Source: Mobula hypostoma
Lineage: Eukaryota
Direction of reading: 5' to 3'
Assembly: GCF_963921235.1 (NCBI RefSeq)
Contig: NC_086097.1
Location: 138,200,001-138,264,000, forward strand
Length of the DNA stretch: 64,000 bases
Below are positions 1 to 13,086 of this stretch, piece by piece. Made by a program: the position numbers and the translations under genes. Positions within the stretch are counted from its first letter, which is position 1. The number at the start of each line of letters is the position of its first letter. The notes under the pieces are model-generated. The model was given only the letters and a program-made list of their open reading frames with translations. It was not told where the DNA came from and did no database searches.

Positions 1-3000
1 CACAGACACAGACTGTACACAGATAGATGCTTCAGTGATACAGACCACCCACAGACACTTCACTAACACTGACTGTACGCAGACACTTCACTGACACAGA
101 CTGTACACAGACACTTCACTGATACTGACTTTACACAGTTCACTGACACTGACTGTACACAGACAGAAACTGCAGTGACACAGACTGTACACAGACAGAC
201 ACTTCACTCACACAGACTGCACAGACAGACACTTCACTGACACAGACTGTACACAGACAGACATTTCATTGACACTGACTGTACACAGACAGACACTTCA
301 CTGACACAGACAGCACACAGACAGACACTTCACTTACACTGACTGTACACAGACAGACACCTCACTGACACTGTCTATACACAGAAACTTCACTGACACT
401 GACCGCACACAGACAGACATTTCACTGACACTGACTGTACACCGACACACACTTCACTGACACAGACTGTACACAGACACTTCACTGACACAGACTGTAC
501 ACTGACACTTCACTGACACAGACCGAACACAGACACTTCACTTACACTGACTGTACACAGACAGACACCTCACTGACACTGTCTGTACACAGAAACTTCA
601 CTGACACTGACCGCACACAGACACTTCACAAACACAGACTGCACACAGACAGACATTTTACTGACAATGACTGTACACCGACAGACACTTCACTGACTCA
701 GACAGACACTTCACTGACACTGACCACACACAGAAACTTCACTGACACAGACTGCACACAGACAGACATTTTACTGACAATGACTCTACACCGACAGACA
801 CTTCACTGAAACACACTGCACCCAGACAGACACTTCACTGACAGAGACTGCACACACAGACACTTCACTGACACTGACTGTACACAGACAGAAAGTTCAG
901 TGACACAGACTGTATACACACACGTCACTGACAGACTGTACACAGACACTTCACTGACACAAACTGTATACAGTTCACTAACACAGACTGTACACAGACA
1001 CTTCACTGACATAGACTGCACCCAGGCAGACATTTCACTGACACTGACAGTACACCGACAGACACTTCACTGAAACAGACTGTACACAGACACTTCACTG
1101 ACACAAACTGTATACAGACATTTCACTGACACTGACTGTACACAGACAGAAACTTCAGTGACACAGACTGTACACAAACACTTCACTGACACACACCGTA
1201 CACAGACACTTCACTGACACAGACTGTATACAGTTCACTAACACAGACTGTACACAGACCCTTCACTGACACTGACTGTACACAGACACTTAACTGACTC
1301 TGACTGTACACAGACAGACATTTCACTGACACTGACTGTACACAGACAGACACTTCACTGACTCAGACAGACACTTCACTGACACTGACCACACACAGAC
1401 ACTTCACTGACACAGACTGTACACAGACAGAAACTTCATTGACACTGACTCTACACAGACACTTCACTGACACAGACTGTACACAAACAGACACTTCACT
1501 GCCACAGACTGTACACAGACACTTCACTGACACAGACTGTACACAGATAGATTCTTCACTAACACAGACTGCACACAGACAGACACTTCACTGACACAGA
1601 CTGCACAAAGACACTTCACTGACAGACTGTGCACAGACACTTCACTGACACTGACTGTACACAGACACTTCACTGACACTGACTGTACACAGACAGACAC
1701 TTCACTGACACTGACTGCACACAGACACTTCACTGACACTGACTACACACAGACACTTCACTGACACTGACCGCCCACAGACACTTCACTGACACTAACT
1801 GTACACAGACAGACACTTCAACGACAGAATGTGCACAGACACTTCACTGACACTGACTGCACAGACAGAAACATCAGTGACACAGACTGTACACAGACAG
1901 TTCACTGACACTGACTGTACACAGACACTTCACTGACACAGACTGTACACAGACAGACAGTACATTGACACTGACTGTACACAGACACTTCACTGACACA
2001 GACCGAATACAGACAGACACTTCACTTACACTGACTGTACACAGACAGACACCTCACTGACACTGTCTGTGCACAGAAACTTCACTGACACTGACCGCAC
2101 ACAGACACTTCACAGACACAGACTGTACACAGACAGATGCTTCAGTGATACAGACCACCCACAGACACTTCACTAATACTGACTGTACACAGACACTTCA
2201 CTGACACAGACTGTACACAGACACTTCACTGACACTGACTTTACACAGTTCACTGACACTGACTGTACACAGACAGAAACTGCAGTGACACAGACTGTAC
2301 ACAGACAGACACTTCACTCACACAGACTGCACAGACAGACACTTCACTGACACAGACTGTACACATGCAGACACTTCACTGACACAGACAGCACACAGAC
2401 ATACCATTCACTGAAACAGACTGTACACAGACACTTCACTGACACAGACTGAACACAGACAGACACTTCACTTACACTGACTGTACACAGACAGACACCT
2501 CACTGACACTGTCTGTACACAGAAACTTCACTGACACTGACCGCACACAGACACTTCACAGACACAGACTGTACACAGACAGATGCTTCAGTGATACAGA
2601 CCACCCACAGACACTTCACTGACACAGACCGCACACAGACAGACATTTCACTGACACTGACTGTATACCGACGGACACTTCACTGACACAGACTGTACAC
2701 AGACACTTCACTGACACAGACTGTATACAGACACTTCACTGACACAGACTGTACACAATCAGTTCACTGACACTGACTGTATACAGACATTTCACTGACA
2801 CTGACTATACACAGACAGAAACTTCAGTAGCACAGACTGTACACAGACACTTCACTGACACAGACTGTACACAGACACTTCACTGACACAGACCGAACAC
2901 AAACAGACACTTCACTTACACTAACTGTACACAGACAGACACCTCACTGAAACACACTGCACCCAGACAGACACTTCACTGACAGAGACTGCACAGACAG

Positions 3001-6000
3001 ACACTTCACTGACACTGACTGTACACAGACAGAAAGGTCAGTGACACAGACTGTATACACACACGTCACTGACACAGACTGTACACAGACACTTCACTGA
3101 CACAAACTGTATATAGTTCACTAACACAGACTGTACACAGACACTTCACTGACATAGACTGCACCCAGGCAGACATTTCACTGACACTGACAGTACACCG
3201 ACAGACACTTCACTGAAACAGACTGTACACAGACACTTCACTGACACAAACTGTATACAGACACTTCACTGACACTGACTGTACACAGACAGAGACTTCA
3301 ATGACACAGACTGTACACAAACACTTCACTGACACACACCGTACACAGACACTTCACTGACACAGACTGTATACAGCTCACTAACACAGACTGTACACAG
3401 ACCCTTCACTGACACTGACTGTTCACAGACACTTAACTGACTCTGACTGTACACAGACAGACATTTCACTGACACTGACTGTACACAGACAGACACTTCA
3501 CTGACTCAGACAGACACTTCACTGACACTGACCACACACAGACACTTCACTGACACAGACTGTACACAGACAGAAACTTCATTGACACTGACTCTACACA
3601 GACACTTCACTGACACAGACTGTACACAAGCAGACACTTCACTGCCACAGACTGTACACAGACACTTCACTGACACAGACTGTACACAGACAGATACTTC
3701 ATTAACACAGACTGCACACAGACAGACACTTCACTGACACAGACTGCACAAAGACACTTCACTGACAGACTGTGCACAGACACTTCACTGACACTGACTG
3801 TACACAGACACTTCACTGACGCTGACTGTACACAGACACTTCACTGACACTGACTGTACACAGACAGACACTGCACTGACACAGACTGCACACAGACACT
3901 TCACTGACACTGACTACACACAGACACTTCACTGACACTGACCGCCCACAGACACTTCACTGACACTAACTGTACACAGACAGACACTTCAATGACAGAA
4001 TGTGCACAGACACTTCACTGACACTGACTGCACAGACAGAAACATCAGTGACACTGACTGTACACAGACACTTCACTGACACAGACTGTACACAAACAGT
4101 TCACTGACACTGACTGTACACAGACACTTCACTGACACAGACTGTACACAGACAGACAGTACATTGACACTGACTGTACACAGACACTTCACTGACACAG
4201 ACCGAACACAGACAGACACTTCACTTACACTGACTGTACACACGGACACCTCACTGACACTGTCTGTACACAGAAACTTCACTGACACTGACCGCACACA
4301 GACACTTCACAGACACAGACTGTACACAGACAGAAGCTTCAGTGATACAGACCACCCACAGACACTTCACTAACACTGACTGTACACAGACACTTCACTG
4401 ACACAGACTGTACACAGACACTTCACTGACACTGACTTTACACAGTTCACTGACACTGACTGTACACAGACAGAAACTGCAGTGACACAGACTGTACACA
4501 GACAGACACTTCACTCACACAGACTGCACAGACAGACACTTCACTGACACAGACTGTACACAGACAGACACTTCATTGACACTGACCGTACACAGACAGA
4601 CACTTCACTGACACAGACTGAACACAGACATTTCACTGACACTGACTGTACACAGACAGAAACTTCAGTGACACAGACTGCACACAGTCACTTCACTGAC
4701 ACAGACTGCACCCAGACAGACACCTCACTGACAGAGACTGCACAGACACTTCACTGACACTGACTGTACACAGACAGAAACTTCAGTGACACAGACTGTA
4801 TACAGACACGTCACTTACACAGACTGTACACAGACACTTCACTGACACTGACTGCACACAGACACTTCACTGACACAGACTGTACACAGACACTTCACTG
4901 ACACAGACTGAATACAGTTTACTAACACAGACTGTACACAGACACTTCACTGACACAGACTGCACACAGACAGACATTTCACTGACACTGACTGTACACC
5001 GACAGACACTTCACTGACACTGACTGTACACAGACACTTCACTGATACTGACAGTACAAAGACACTTCACTGACACTGACTGTACACAGACACTTCACTG
5101 ACACTGACTGCACAGACAGAAACTTCAGTGACACAGACTGTACACAGACAGTTCACTGACACAGCCTGTACACAGAAACTTCACTGACACTGCACACAGA
5201 CACTTTACAGACACAGACTGTACACAGACACTTCACTGACACTGACTGCACACAGACAATTCACTGACACAGACTGTACATAGACACTTCACTGACACAG
5301 ACTGCACACAGACAGACATTTTACTGACAATGACTGTACACCGACAGACACTTCACTGAAACACACTGCACCCAGACAGACACTTCACTGACAAAGACTA
5401 CACAGACAGACACTTCACTGACACTGACTGTACACAGACAGAAAGTTCAGTGACACAGACTGTATACACACACGTCACTGACACAGACTGTACACAGACA
5501 CTTCACTGACACAAACTGTATACAGTTCACTAACACAGACTGTACACAGACACTTCACTGACATAGACTGCATCCAGGCAGACATTTCACTGACACTGAC
5601 ACTGACAGTACACCGACAGACACTTCACTGAAACAGACTGTACACAGACACTTCACTGACACAGACTGTACACAAACAGTTCACTGACACTGACTGTACA
5701 CAGACACTTCACTGACACAGACTGTACACAGACAGACAGTACATTGACACTGACTGTACACAGACACTTCACTGACACAGACCGAACACAGACACTTCAC
5801 TTACACTGACTGTACACAGACAGACACCTCACTGACACTGTCTGTACACAGAAACTTCACTGACACTGACCGCACACAGACACTTCACAGACACAGACTG
5901 TACACAGACAGATGCTTCAGTGATACAGACCACCCACAGACACTTCACTAACACTGACTGTACACAGACACTTCACTGACACAGACTGTACACAGACACT

Positions 6001-7211
6001 TCACTGACACTGACTTTAAACAGTTCACTGACACTGACTGTACACAGACAGAACTTGCAGTGACACAGACTGTACACAGACAGACACTTCACTCACACAG
6101 ACTGCACAGGCAGACACTTCACTGACACAGACTGTACACAGACAGACACTTCATTGACACTGACCGTACACAGACAGACACTTCACTGACACAGACAGCA
6201 CACAGACATACCATTCACTGAAACAGACTGTACACAGACACTTCACTGACACAGACCGAACACAGACAGACACTTCACTTACACTGACTGTACACAGACA
6301 GACACTTCACTTACACTGACTGTACACAGACACTTCACTGACACTGTCTGTACACAGAAACTTCACTGACACTGACCGCACACAGACACTTCACAGACAC
6401 AGACTGTACACAGACAGATGCTTCAGTGATACAGACCACCCACAGACACTTCACTAACACTGACTGTACACAGACACTTCACTGACACTGACTTTACACA
6501 GTTCACTGACACTGACTGTACACAGACAGAAACTGCAGTGACACAGACTGTACACAGACAGACACTTCACTCACACAGACTGCACAGACAGACACTTCAC
6601 TGACACAGACTGTACACAGACAGACACTTCATTGACACTGACCGTACACAGACAGACACTTCACTGACACAGACAGCACACAGACACTTCAGTGACATAG
6701 ATCGTACACAGACAGACACTTCACTGACACTTCATTGACACAGAGTGTACACAGGCATTTCACAAACCCTGACTGTACACAGACAGACACTTCACTGACA
6801 CAGACTGCCCACAGACACTTCACTGACACTGACTGTACACAGACACTTCACTGACACAGACCGCACACAGACAGACACTTCACTTACCCTGACTGTACAC
6901 AGACAGACACTTCACTGACACAGACTGTACACAGACAGCTCACTGACACTGTCTGTACACAGAAACTTCACTGACACTGACCGCACACAGACACTTCACT
7001 GACACAGAGTGTACACAGACACTTCACTGACACAGAGTGTACACAGACAGATGCTTCACTGATACAGACTACCCACAGACACTTCACTGACACTGACTGT
7101 ACACAGACACTTCACTGATACTGACTGTACACAGACAGACACTTCACTGACACTGACTGTACACAGACACTTCACTGACACTGACTGTACACAGACAGAC
7201 ACTTCACTGAC
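1..7211. repeat. Tandem satellite, consensus CACAGACACTTCACTGACAC(A/T)GACTGTA (28 bp; +CAGA 32-bp and shorter variants), roughly 240-250 units, runs off the window start
   Basis: Unit read directly and repeated continuously. Ends abruptly at ...acttcactga|cgccttcaac (~7211). Strongly A/C-biased + strand. Confidence 0.97.
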
Positions 7212-7369
7212 GCCTTCAACATTCTGTTTACCACAAAATATTTCGCAAGTTTGGATTTGTTCTTTGCTAATAGAATCACAAGAATTATTCAAATTGTCCT
7301 GTTCTTTAAATTCCAGTTTGCATTTTATTCATTTGCCCTGTATGTCCATCACTGGTTGGTTCTGCACTT

Positions 7370-8640
7370 CCTGCCCATACTGAACTGCCCTTGAGGAGGT
7401 TATGGTGAATTATCACCTGAACCTCTGCAGCCCCCCGGTGTGAAAGCGCACTGCAAAGCAGGGCATCATTGATGTAACGGAGTGGCCTGGTGCATCCTTT
7501 GGCAGACACAACAATCGGTGTGGAATCACATACAAGGCAGTCAAAGCTAGAACCAGCTGGGCTTTTACAGTGATCCGGTAGCTGTGACTAAGAACATTTC
7601 TCATTTTATTTATCTAATCCACTTAGAGTGGCCACAACAGGATTCGAACTCACCTTGTTTCGCTATGTTCTGTGGGTCCTGAGGAGGCTGACGGGGCATC
7701 TGCAGGCTCTGCTACATGAAGGCTAGTGGAGGCTGATGAGGAGACGGAGAATCGTTTGGGGTTTTCACTTCCTTCCATGGATGCTCCTAACTTTTTCATA
7801 CTCCCGCTGTAGAGAGCCAAGGATGTCAGAGCCATCTCAATACCTCCCCGACCTTGAACAATCACTGGCTCGGAAAGTTAGCAGCCCCCAGGGAAGTTTC
7901 ACCTTCCTGAACTATTTCCTCTGGCCACTTGCTACTCCCCTCCGCTAGCAGAGCTAAGAATTTAGTGCCCGTTTCGGAGCACTGGTGTCAGGGGTGTGAG
8001 TGACATCGACTTCGGAGAGGACACAGATAGCGAGTCGTCTACCTCACCGCTTGATTTGGAGGATTTTCAGTGACTATACTAGTGATTTCCCTCTCGTGCT
8101 TGGACGTCACTCGTACCTTTTCAGGGTGCAGGAGGGCAGGGATCACTGCTGCCTAGGGGACCATGAACTTGGTGCTGGATATGATTGCCCTTCAACTCGT
8201 TGATTTTAATCAATGATGCTCCAGAGGGTGCTGTTTGGTCAATACAGAGGTGGTAATGATCTCAATTCTTGATCTCATGTGGAGTGAATGGAATTGACGG
8301 GAGTCTGGTTTCCATATTTGTGGGATCTCAGGAAGAAACCAATGCTGGGAATACTTTAGACTTGCCTTCAACACTCCCGTGAGGCTGGCGACAATGCTGA
8401 AGATGATAATCTTATTGTTATTTTATTTCCCACTTGCTTAAAAATGGGTTCTTGAGTTTTCCTTACTGATATCAGGTTTAGTTGTCTCTGGTTTCCCAGC
8501 TTTACCTCCACTTCAACCAGATGGGTTACATTTCCTTCCCCGCCATTGGGAACATTTCAGGATCCATGGAATTTTGGAGAATCTTCAAATAGGACTAATT
8601 TTGAAAAATTCATCACCATTCTCCATCTGCTCCATAATAA
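7370..8640 (-). mobile_element. Very old degraded LINE fragments (CR1/L2-like)
   Basis: Degenerate similarity to LINE 3'/RT sequence, e.g. 8460-8500 is a decayed reverse complement of the NYRPVSLTSV-coding stretch seen in the young CR1 copies. Confidence 0.35.
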
Positions 8641-8983
8641 CTCTCTGTTGATGGCATCTGGGTGTTTTGTAAATTCAGGAAAGGCCATGTATGACACTGG
8701 AGCTACTGATTCTCTTGCAATGGTTGGGCAGTGAAGATCATGTCATTCGTAGATTGGGCTGGAAGGAACTGTGGGTGCAGAGCAGCTCTTCAGCCACTCG
8801 ATGGCAGTAGTTGGTGAGGCTCCTCACAGTGATTTCCAGAGCTGACAAAAGAGGTAATCACATGGCCACCTTCAGAAAGCAGCCAAGCTTTAATCACCAT
8901 CATTAAGCTTGTCTGCTTTCTGGAGGTGGCCAAGCAATTACCTTGCCTGCTTTCACTGGCCCAGGTGAGAAAGATTAAATTAT

Positions 8984-9425
8984 CCCAGTCCTGGTCAAGG
9001 GTCTCGGCCTGAAGCATTGACTCTTCATTCTTTTCCATGGATGCTACCTGATCCCCAGCGATGGGTAAATAGCTCCACTGCCTTGTGGGCAGCCTCGGAA
9101 GAGACAAAGGCTACGAGCGTAAACCCAGACAGAAAATCCGGAGCGGAGCCCCTAAGGTGGCGGGAAATCACCGAACATCTTTCTGGCAGCTCCTGCAGCC
9201 AAGCTGGTACCAAACGCAATGCTTTGCTCTCCCTCAGACTACACCGGTGAGGCTGAGAGGGGGACCTTGATGATCACATACCTTCCGCCCAGACTTGTAA
9301 TCCATTGTCCTTTGAGATAGGCGGATGGTGTCATCATCGGATGCTACCTGACTTGCTGAGTTCCTCCAGCATCTCGTGTATATTACTCTGGATTTCCAGC
9401 ATCTGCAGAATCTCTTGTGTTTATG
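8984..9425 (+). mobile_element. Solo Penelope-like 3' terminal repeat with degenerate hammerhead, split by the 9052-9338 insertion
   Basis: cagtcctggtcaagggtctcggcctgaagcattgac...gatgctacctga[insert]cttgctgagttcctccagcat...ggatttccagcatctgcagaatctcttgtg matches the tail of the GIY-YIG-bearing copy at 17730-17872. Confidence 0.8.
9052..9338 (+). mobile_element. 287-bp non-autonomous retroposon, RTE-like ends, 13-bp TSD
   Basis: Perfect GGATGCTACCTGA at 9039-9051 and 9339-9351. Ends in a tcatcatc microsatellite tail. No tRNA A/B boxes recognised. RTE assignment is from resemblance only. Confidence 0.7.
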
Positions 9426-9989
9426 GATCTTACCAGCAGTATTTCTACATCAGGTTCTTAGCACTTCAAAGGTTTCACCTATTTCAGAACTCTTATTGTT
9501 CTTCACCCGCGGAACAATCATCCAGAACTTTCTCTGACTTGGATTGGTGTTGCCAGCATACTCACTTCAGAGAGCTTGAGAAGGTCTTTAACCTGTTCTT
9601 GTAATGGATCCTAGCTGTGTCTCAGGCCTTGAATAGCTTGCCTCTTTTCTTGACTCTCAGTGGGTGACTGGACATGGGTGATTTTGACAGTGCTGAAGAA
9701 TCTGTGCTGACAGCCCTAATGCCCTTGTCCATTTGAATGTCTGTTTTCATTCCAACCCGCATCAGTTCTTTTAGTTCCTGATGAACCTCTGTCTTCAGGC
9801 GACAGCAGATTTGTTTTCAATCTGACCCCTTCTCAACCCTCTCAAACCTCTCAAACCTCACCTAAAGCAAGGTGGTGTTCCCAGACCAAGAGAGTCTTGC
9901 CTTTGCAATGAATTAACTCCTGTCACTGTCATCAAACTAGTCCAGTGTTTTCTGGTAGTGAAGTTGCATCTCTGTACAGGTGCTAATTC

Positions 9990-10695
9990 TATATAGATCA
10001 GTGCAGGACAGTAACAAGTCCTGTATTGACTAGGTGCCAATGTATCTATTTCTCTCTCCCTTAACACGTTCTATATCCATCTGTTCCTTGTCTGTTCATT
10101 TACCTGCAGGAATACCTTATAACTGTTGCTGTCCTATCTAATTCTACCACCTTGCCTAGCAAGGAATTTCAGGCACCCACCGCTCACTCTGTGAAAAAAA
10201 ACCTCCCTCATAAATTTCCTTTAAGAGTCTCTCTCTCTCACCTTAAACCTATGCTCTCTAGTATTTGACATTACCAACCTGGGATTAGCCCTATCCATGC
10301 CTTTCCTCATTTTATAAACATCTGTCAGGCCTGCCTTCAGCATTTGCTGCTCCAGAAAGATCAATTCAAGTATGTACAGCCTCCCCGTATTGTTAATACT
10401 CTCCAGTTCAGGTAACATTCTGGTGAGCTTTTTCTGTTCCCTTTCCAAAGCCTCCATATCCTTCCTGTGATGAGCAATCAGATCACAACACTCCAAATGT
10501 GGCCAGACCAAAGTTTTATACAGCTGCAGCATGATACACTAAATCCCCACCGTCAACGACACATTCTTTACTACTCAATCAACTTGCGCTGTCACCTTCA
10601 GGAAGATATGGTCTTGCATCCCAACATCCCTCTGTGCATCAAGGGAAATGTATTGCTTATTCTTACATTTGACCTTCCACAAGGAATCACCTTAT
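9990..10695 (-). mobile_element. Old CR1 LINE 3' end (RT C-terminus plus tail)
   Basis: ORF 10221-10532 MLQLYKTLVWPHLECC...REHRFKV is a degenerate version of the CR1 ORF2 C-terminus in 20654-21730. Confidence 0.85.
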
Positions 10696-10846
10696 ATTCG
10701 AATGGTGGGCTACGGGGCAGTCCTGGCTCTGTGGAATACTCCACAGCTCCCAAAGTCCAGTCCATTCTGTGGTCCTTGATAGTCACTTCAGGCACTTTGT
10801 GGCTCCCAATAGTTAGTGTAGACAATCTGAAGATCAGCCTAGCACT

Positions 10847-11548
10847 CACATCAAAGTTGCTGGTGAACGCAGCAGGCCAGGCAGCATCTGTAGGAAGAGG
10901 TGCAGTCGATGTTTCAGGCCGAGACCCTTTGTCAGGACTAACTGAAGGAAGAGTGAGTAAGGGATTCGAAAGTTGGAGGGGGAGGGGGAGATCCAAAATG
11001 ATAGGAGAAGACAGGAGGGGGTGGGATGGAGCCAAGAGCTGGACAGGTGATTGGCAAAGGGGATACGAGAGGATCATGGGACAGGAGGTCTGGGAAGAAA
11101 GACAAGGGGGGGGGATCCAGAGGATGGGCAAGAGGTATATTCAGAGGGACAGAGGGAGAAAAAGGAGAGTGAGAGAAAGAATGTGTGCATAAAAATAAGT
11201 AACAGATGGGGTACAAGGGGGAGGTGGAGCCTTAGCGGAAGTTAGAGAAGTCGATGTTCATGCCATCAGGTTGGAGGCTACCCAAACGGAATATAAGGTG
11301 TTGTTCCTCCAACCTGAGTGTGGCTTCATCTTTACAGTAGAGGAGGCCGTGGATAGACACGTCAGAATGGGAATGGGATGTGGAATTAAAATGTGTGGCC
11401 ACTGGGAGATCCTGCTTTCTCTGGCGGACAGAGCGTAGATGTTCAGCAAAGCGGTCTCCCAGTCTGCGTCGGGTCACGCCAATATATAAAAGGCCACATC
11501 AGGAGCACCGGACGCAGTATATCACCCCAGTCGACTCACAGGTGAAGT
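10847..11548 (-). mobile_element. 5'-truncated Penelope-like element (GIY-YIG endonuclease end plus 3' repeat with hammerhead), 8-bp TSD
   Basis: ORF 11232-11477 (RRRLGDRFAEH...VATHFN...EEQHLIFRLGSLQPDGMN) is the PLE GIY-YIG C-terminus. CTAGCACT at 10839-10846 and 11549-11556. Confidence 0.92.
10903..10940 (-). ncRNA. Minimal type-I hammerhead ribozyme motif (decayed)
   Basis: Minus strand: UAGUC CUGACAA A GGG-UCUCGG-CCU GAA ACAU C GACUG. The two core defects are both CpG->CpA changes from CUGACGA and ACGU. Confidence 0.7.
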
Positions 11549-12181
11549 CTAGCACTGTAGTCTTCAATTGCCACTGTAGATCCTGATAGTCAATATCGCA
11601 CGGTGGAGACTCAATTTCTCCTGGTGGTCATTCCAGTCATTGCAGATATTCGGTGGCTCCCAATGGTCAGTCTGGTTAATGCAGACTCTCTGAGCTTCTC
11701 AAATGGTCATCATGGATACTCTGCGCCTCCAGGTAGTCAATAGGCACTGTGGAGATTCTGTGACCACTCCCTCCCCCGATGGTCACTGTGTACTCTCTGT
11801 AGCTCTTGATGGTCAGTCCAGTCACTAGACGGTCAGACTTGAAGATCTCTCTTAGCAATTTGCCACCCTTTCTGCAGTTCCCCAATCTGCCAGGAGAGGG
11901 AGGACCTGCACTGCTCCTGATACATTCTCCACTCTTGGTCCCGTTCCGGTCTGGACAGATCACTTTGCAGGGAAATTCCTACCTTTGACAAGGCAGGTCG
12001 CAGCCTCGGGGGATAAAATTCTGCGTCACTGTTATGTGTTTCCGACTAAGTACAATTTCTTGGTGAATAGTTCAATTACCTGTAGGAGCGCCGTGTTGAC
12101 ACGTGAAGCCCTCTTCTGCCCTCTCCGAAAGCCCCCCATCACCATTCTGAAGAGGAGCATTTTTTCAGCTAACCCCTAAAC

Positions 12182-12260
12182 CAGAGGTTCCCACCTGGGG
12201 ACCACAGACCCCTTGCTTAATGGTATTGGTCCATGGCATAAAAATGTACGGTAACCCCTG
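12182..12260. mobile_element. 79-bp hAT (Charlie-like) MITE
   Basis: Termini CAGAGGTTCCC...GGTAACCCCTG. Perfect 8-bp TSD CCCTAAAC at 12174-12181 and 12261-12268. Confidence 0.85.
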
Positions 12261-12287
12261 CCCTAAACCAACATGTTTAAACCCCAA

Positions 12288-12529
12288 AAAGGCAACCTCC
12301 ATCATCAAAGATCTCCACCATCAGGGCCACGCCATCTTCCAACAGCTATTGTTAGGCTTCATGGTGGCAGTGTGAGAAGATGGCGTGGCTGGGATGATGG
12401 AGATCTTTGATGATCCCCTCCATCTGGACCGTACCATCTTCTCACAGCAGCCTGGATGAAGAGCCTTGGTCCGAAACGTCAAATATTCATTCCTCTCCAT
12501 TAATGCTGCCTGGTCTGCTGAGTTCCTCC

Positions 12530-12588
<59 letters not shown>

Positions 12589-12824
12589 TGTATGTTTGTT
12601 TGTGTGTGTGTGTGTATGTGTTTGTGTTTGAGTGTGTTCATGTGTGTGTGTGTGTGTGTTTGTGTGTGTATGTTTATGTGTGTGTGTTTGTGAATGTGTA
12701 TGTGTGTTTGTGTTTGTGAGTGTGTGTATGTTTGTGTGTGTGTGTGTGTATATGTGTTTGTGTGTGTTCATGTGTGTGTGTGTATGTTTGCGTGTCTATT
12801 TGTGTGTATGTGAGTGTGTGTGTA

Positions 12825-12868
<44 letters not shown>

Positions 12869-13042
12869 AGTGTGGGTGTGTGTGTGTATGTGAGTGTATG
12901 TGAGTGTGTATGTGTATGTTTGTGTTTGTGATTGTGTGTATGTTTGTGTGTGTATGTGAGTGTGTTCATGTGTGTGTGTGTGTGTTTGTGTGTGTATGTG
13001 AGTGTGTGTGTGTATGTGAATGTGAGTGTGTGTGCGTGTGTA

Positions 13043-13086
<44 letters not shown>

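Noticed and set aside
1..7211. Satellite as CRISPR array, telomere repeat or V(D)J RSS array
   Set aside because: No unique spacers or cas genes, and the unit is not TTAGGG. CACAGAC/CACTGAC is not the CACAGTG heptamer, and no nonamer or V/J segments were seen.
803..7292. Cys/Ser/Val-rich ORFs in the satellite
   Set aside because: Translations of a 28-bp tandem unit that is not a multiple of 3, with frequent stops. No gene context.
10467..11192. 241-aa plus-strand ORF
   Set aside because: Runs across antisense CR1, a decayed repeat and antisense PLE UTR. It is a chance chimeric frame.
11983..12080. Minus-strand exon-like segment (ctacag|...AAG|gtagga) beside an NF-kB-like GGGAAATTCC
   Set aside because: Stops in all three frames and no partner exons. 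The motifs alone are insufficient.
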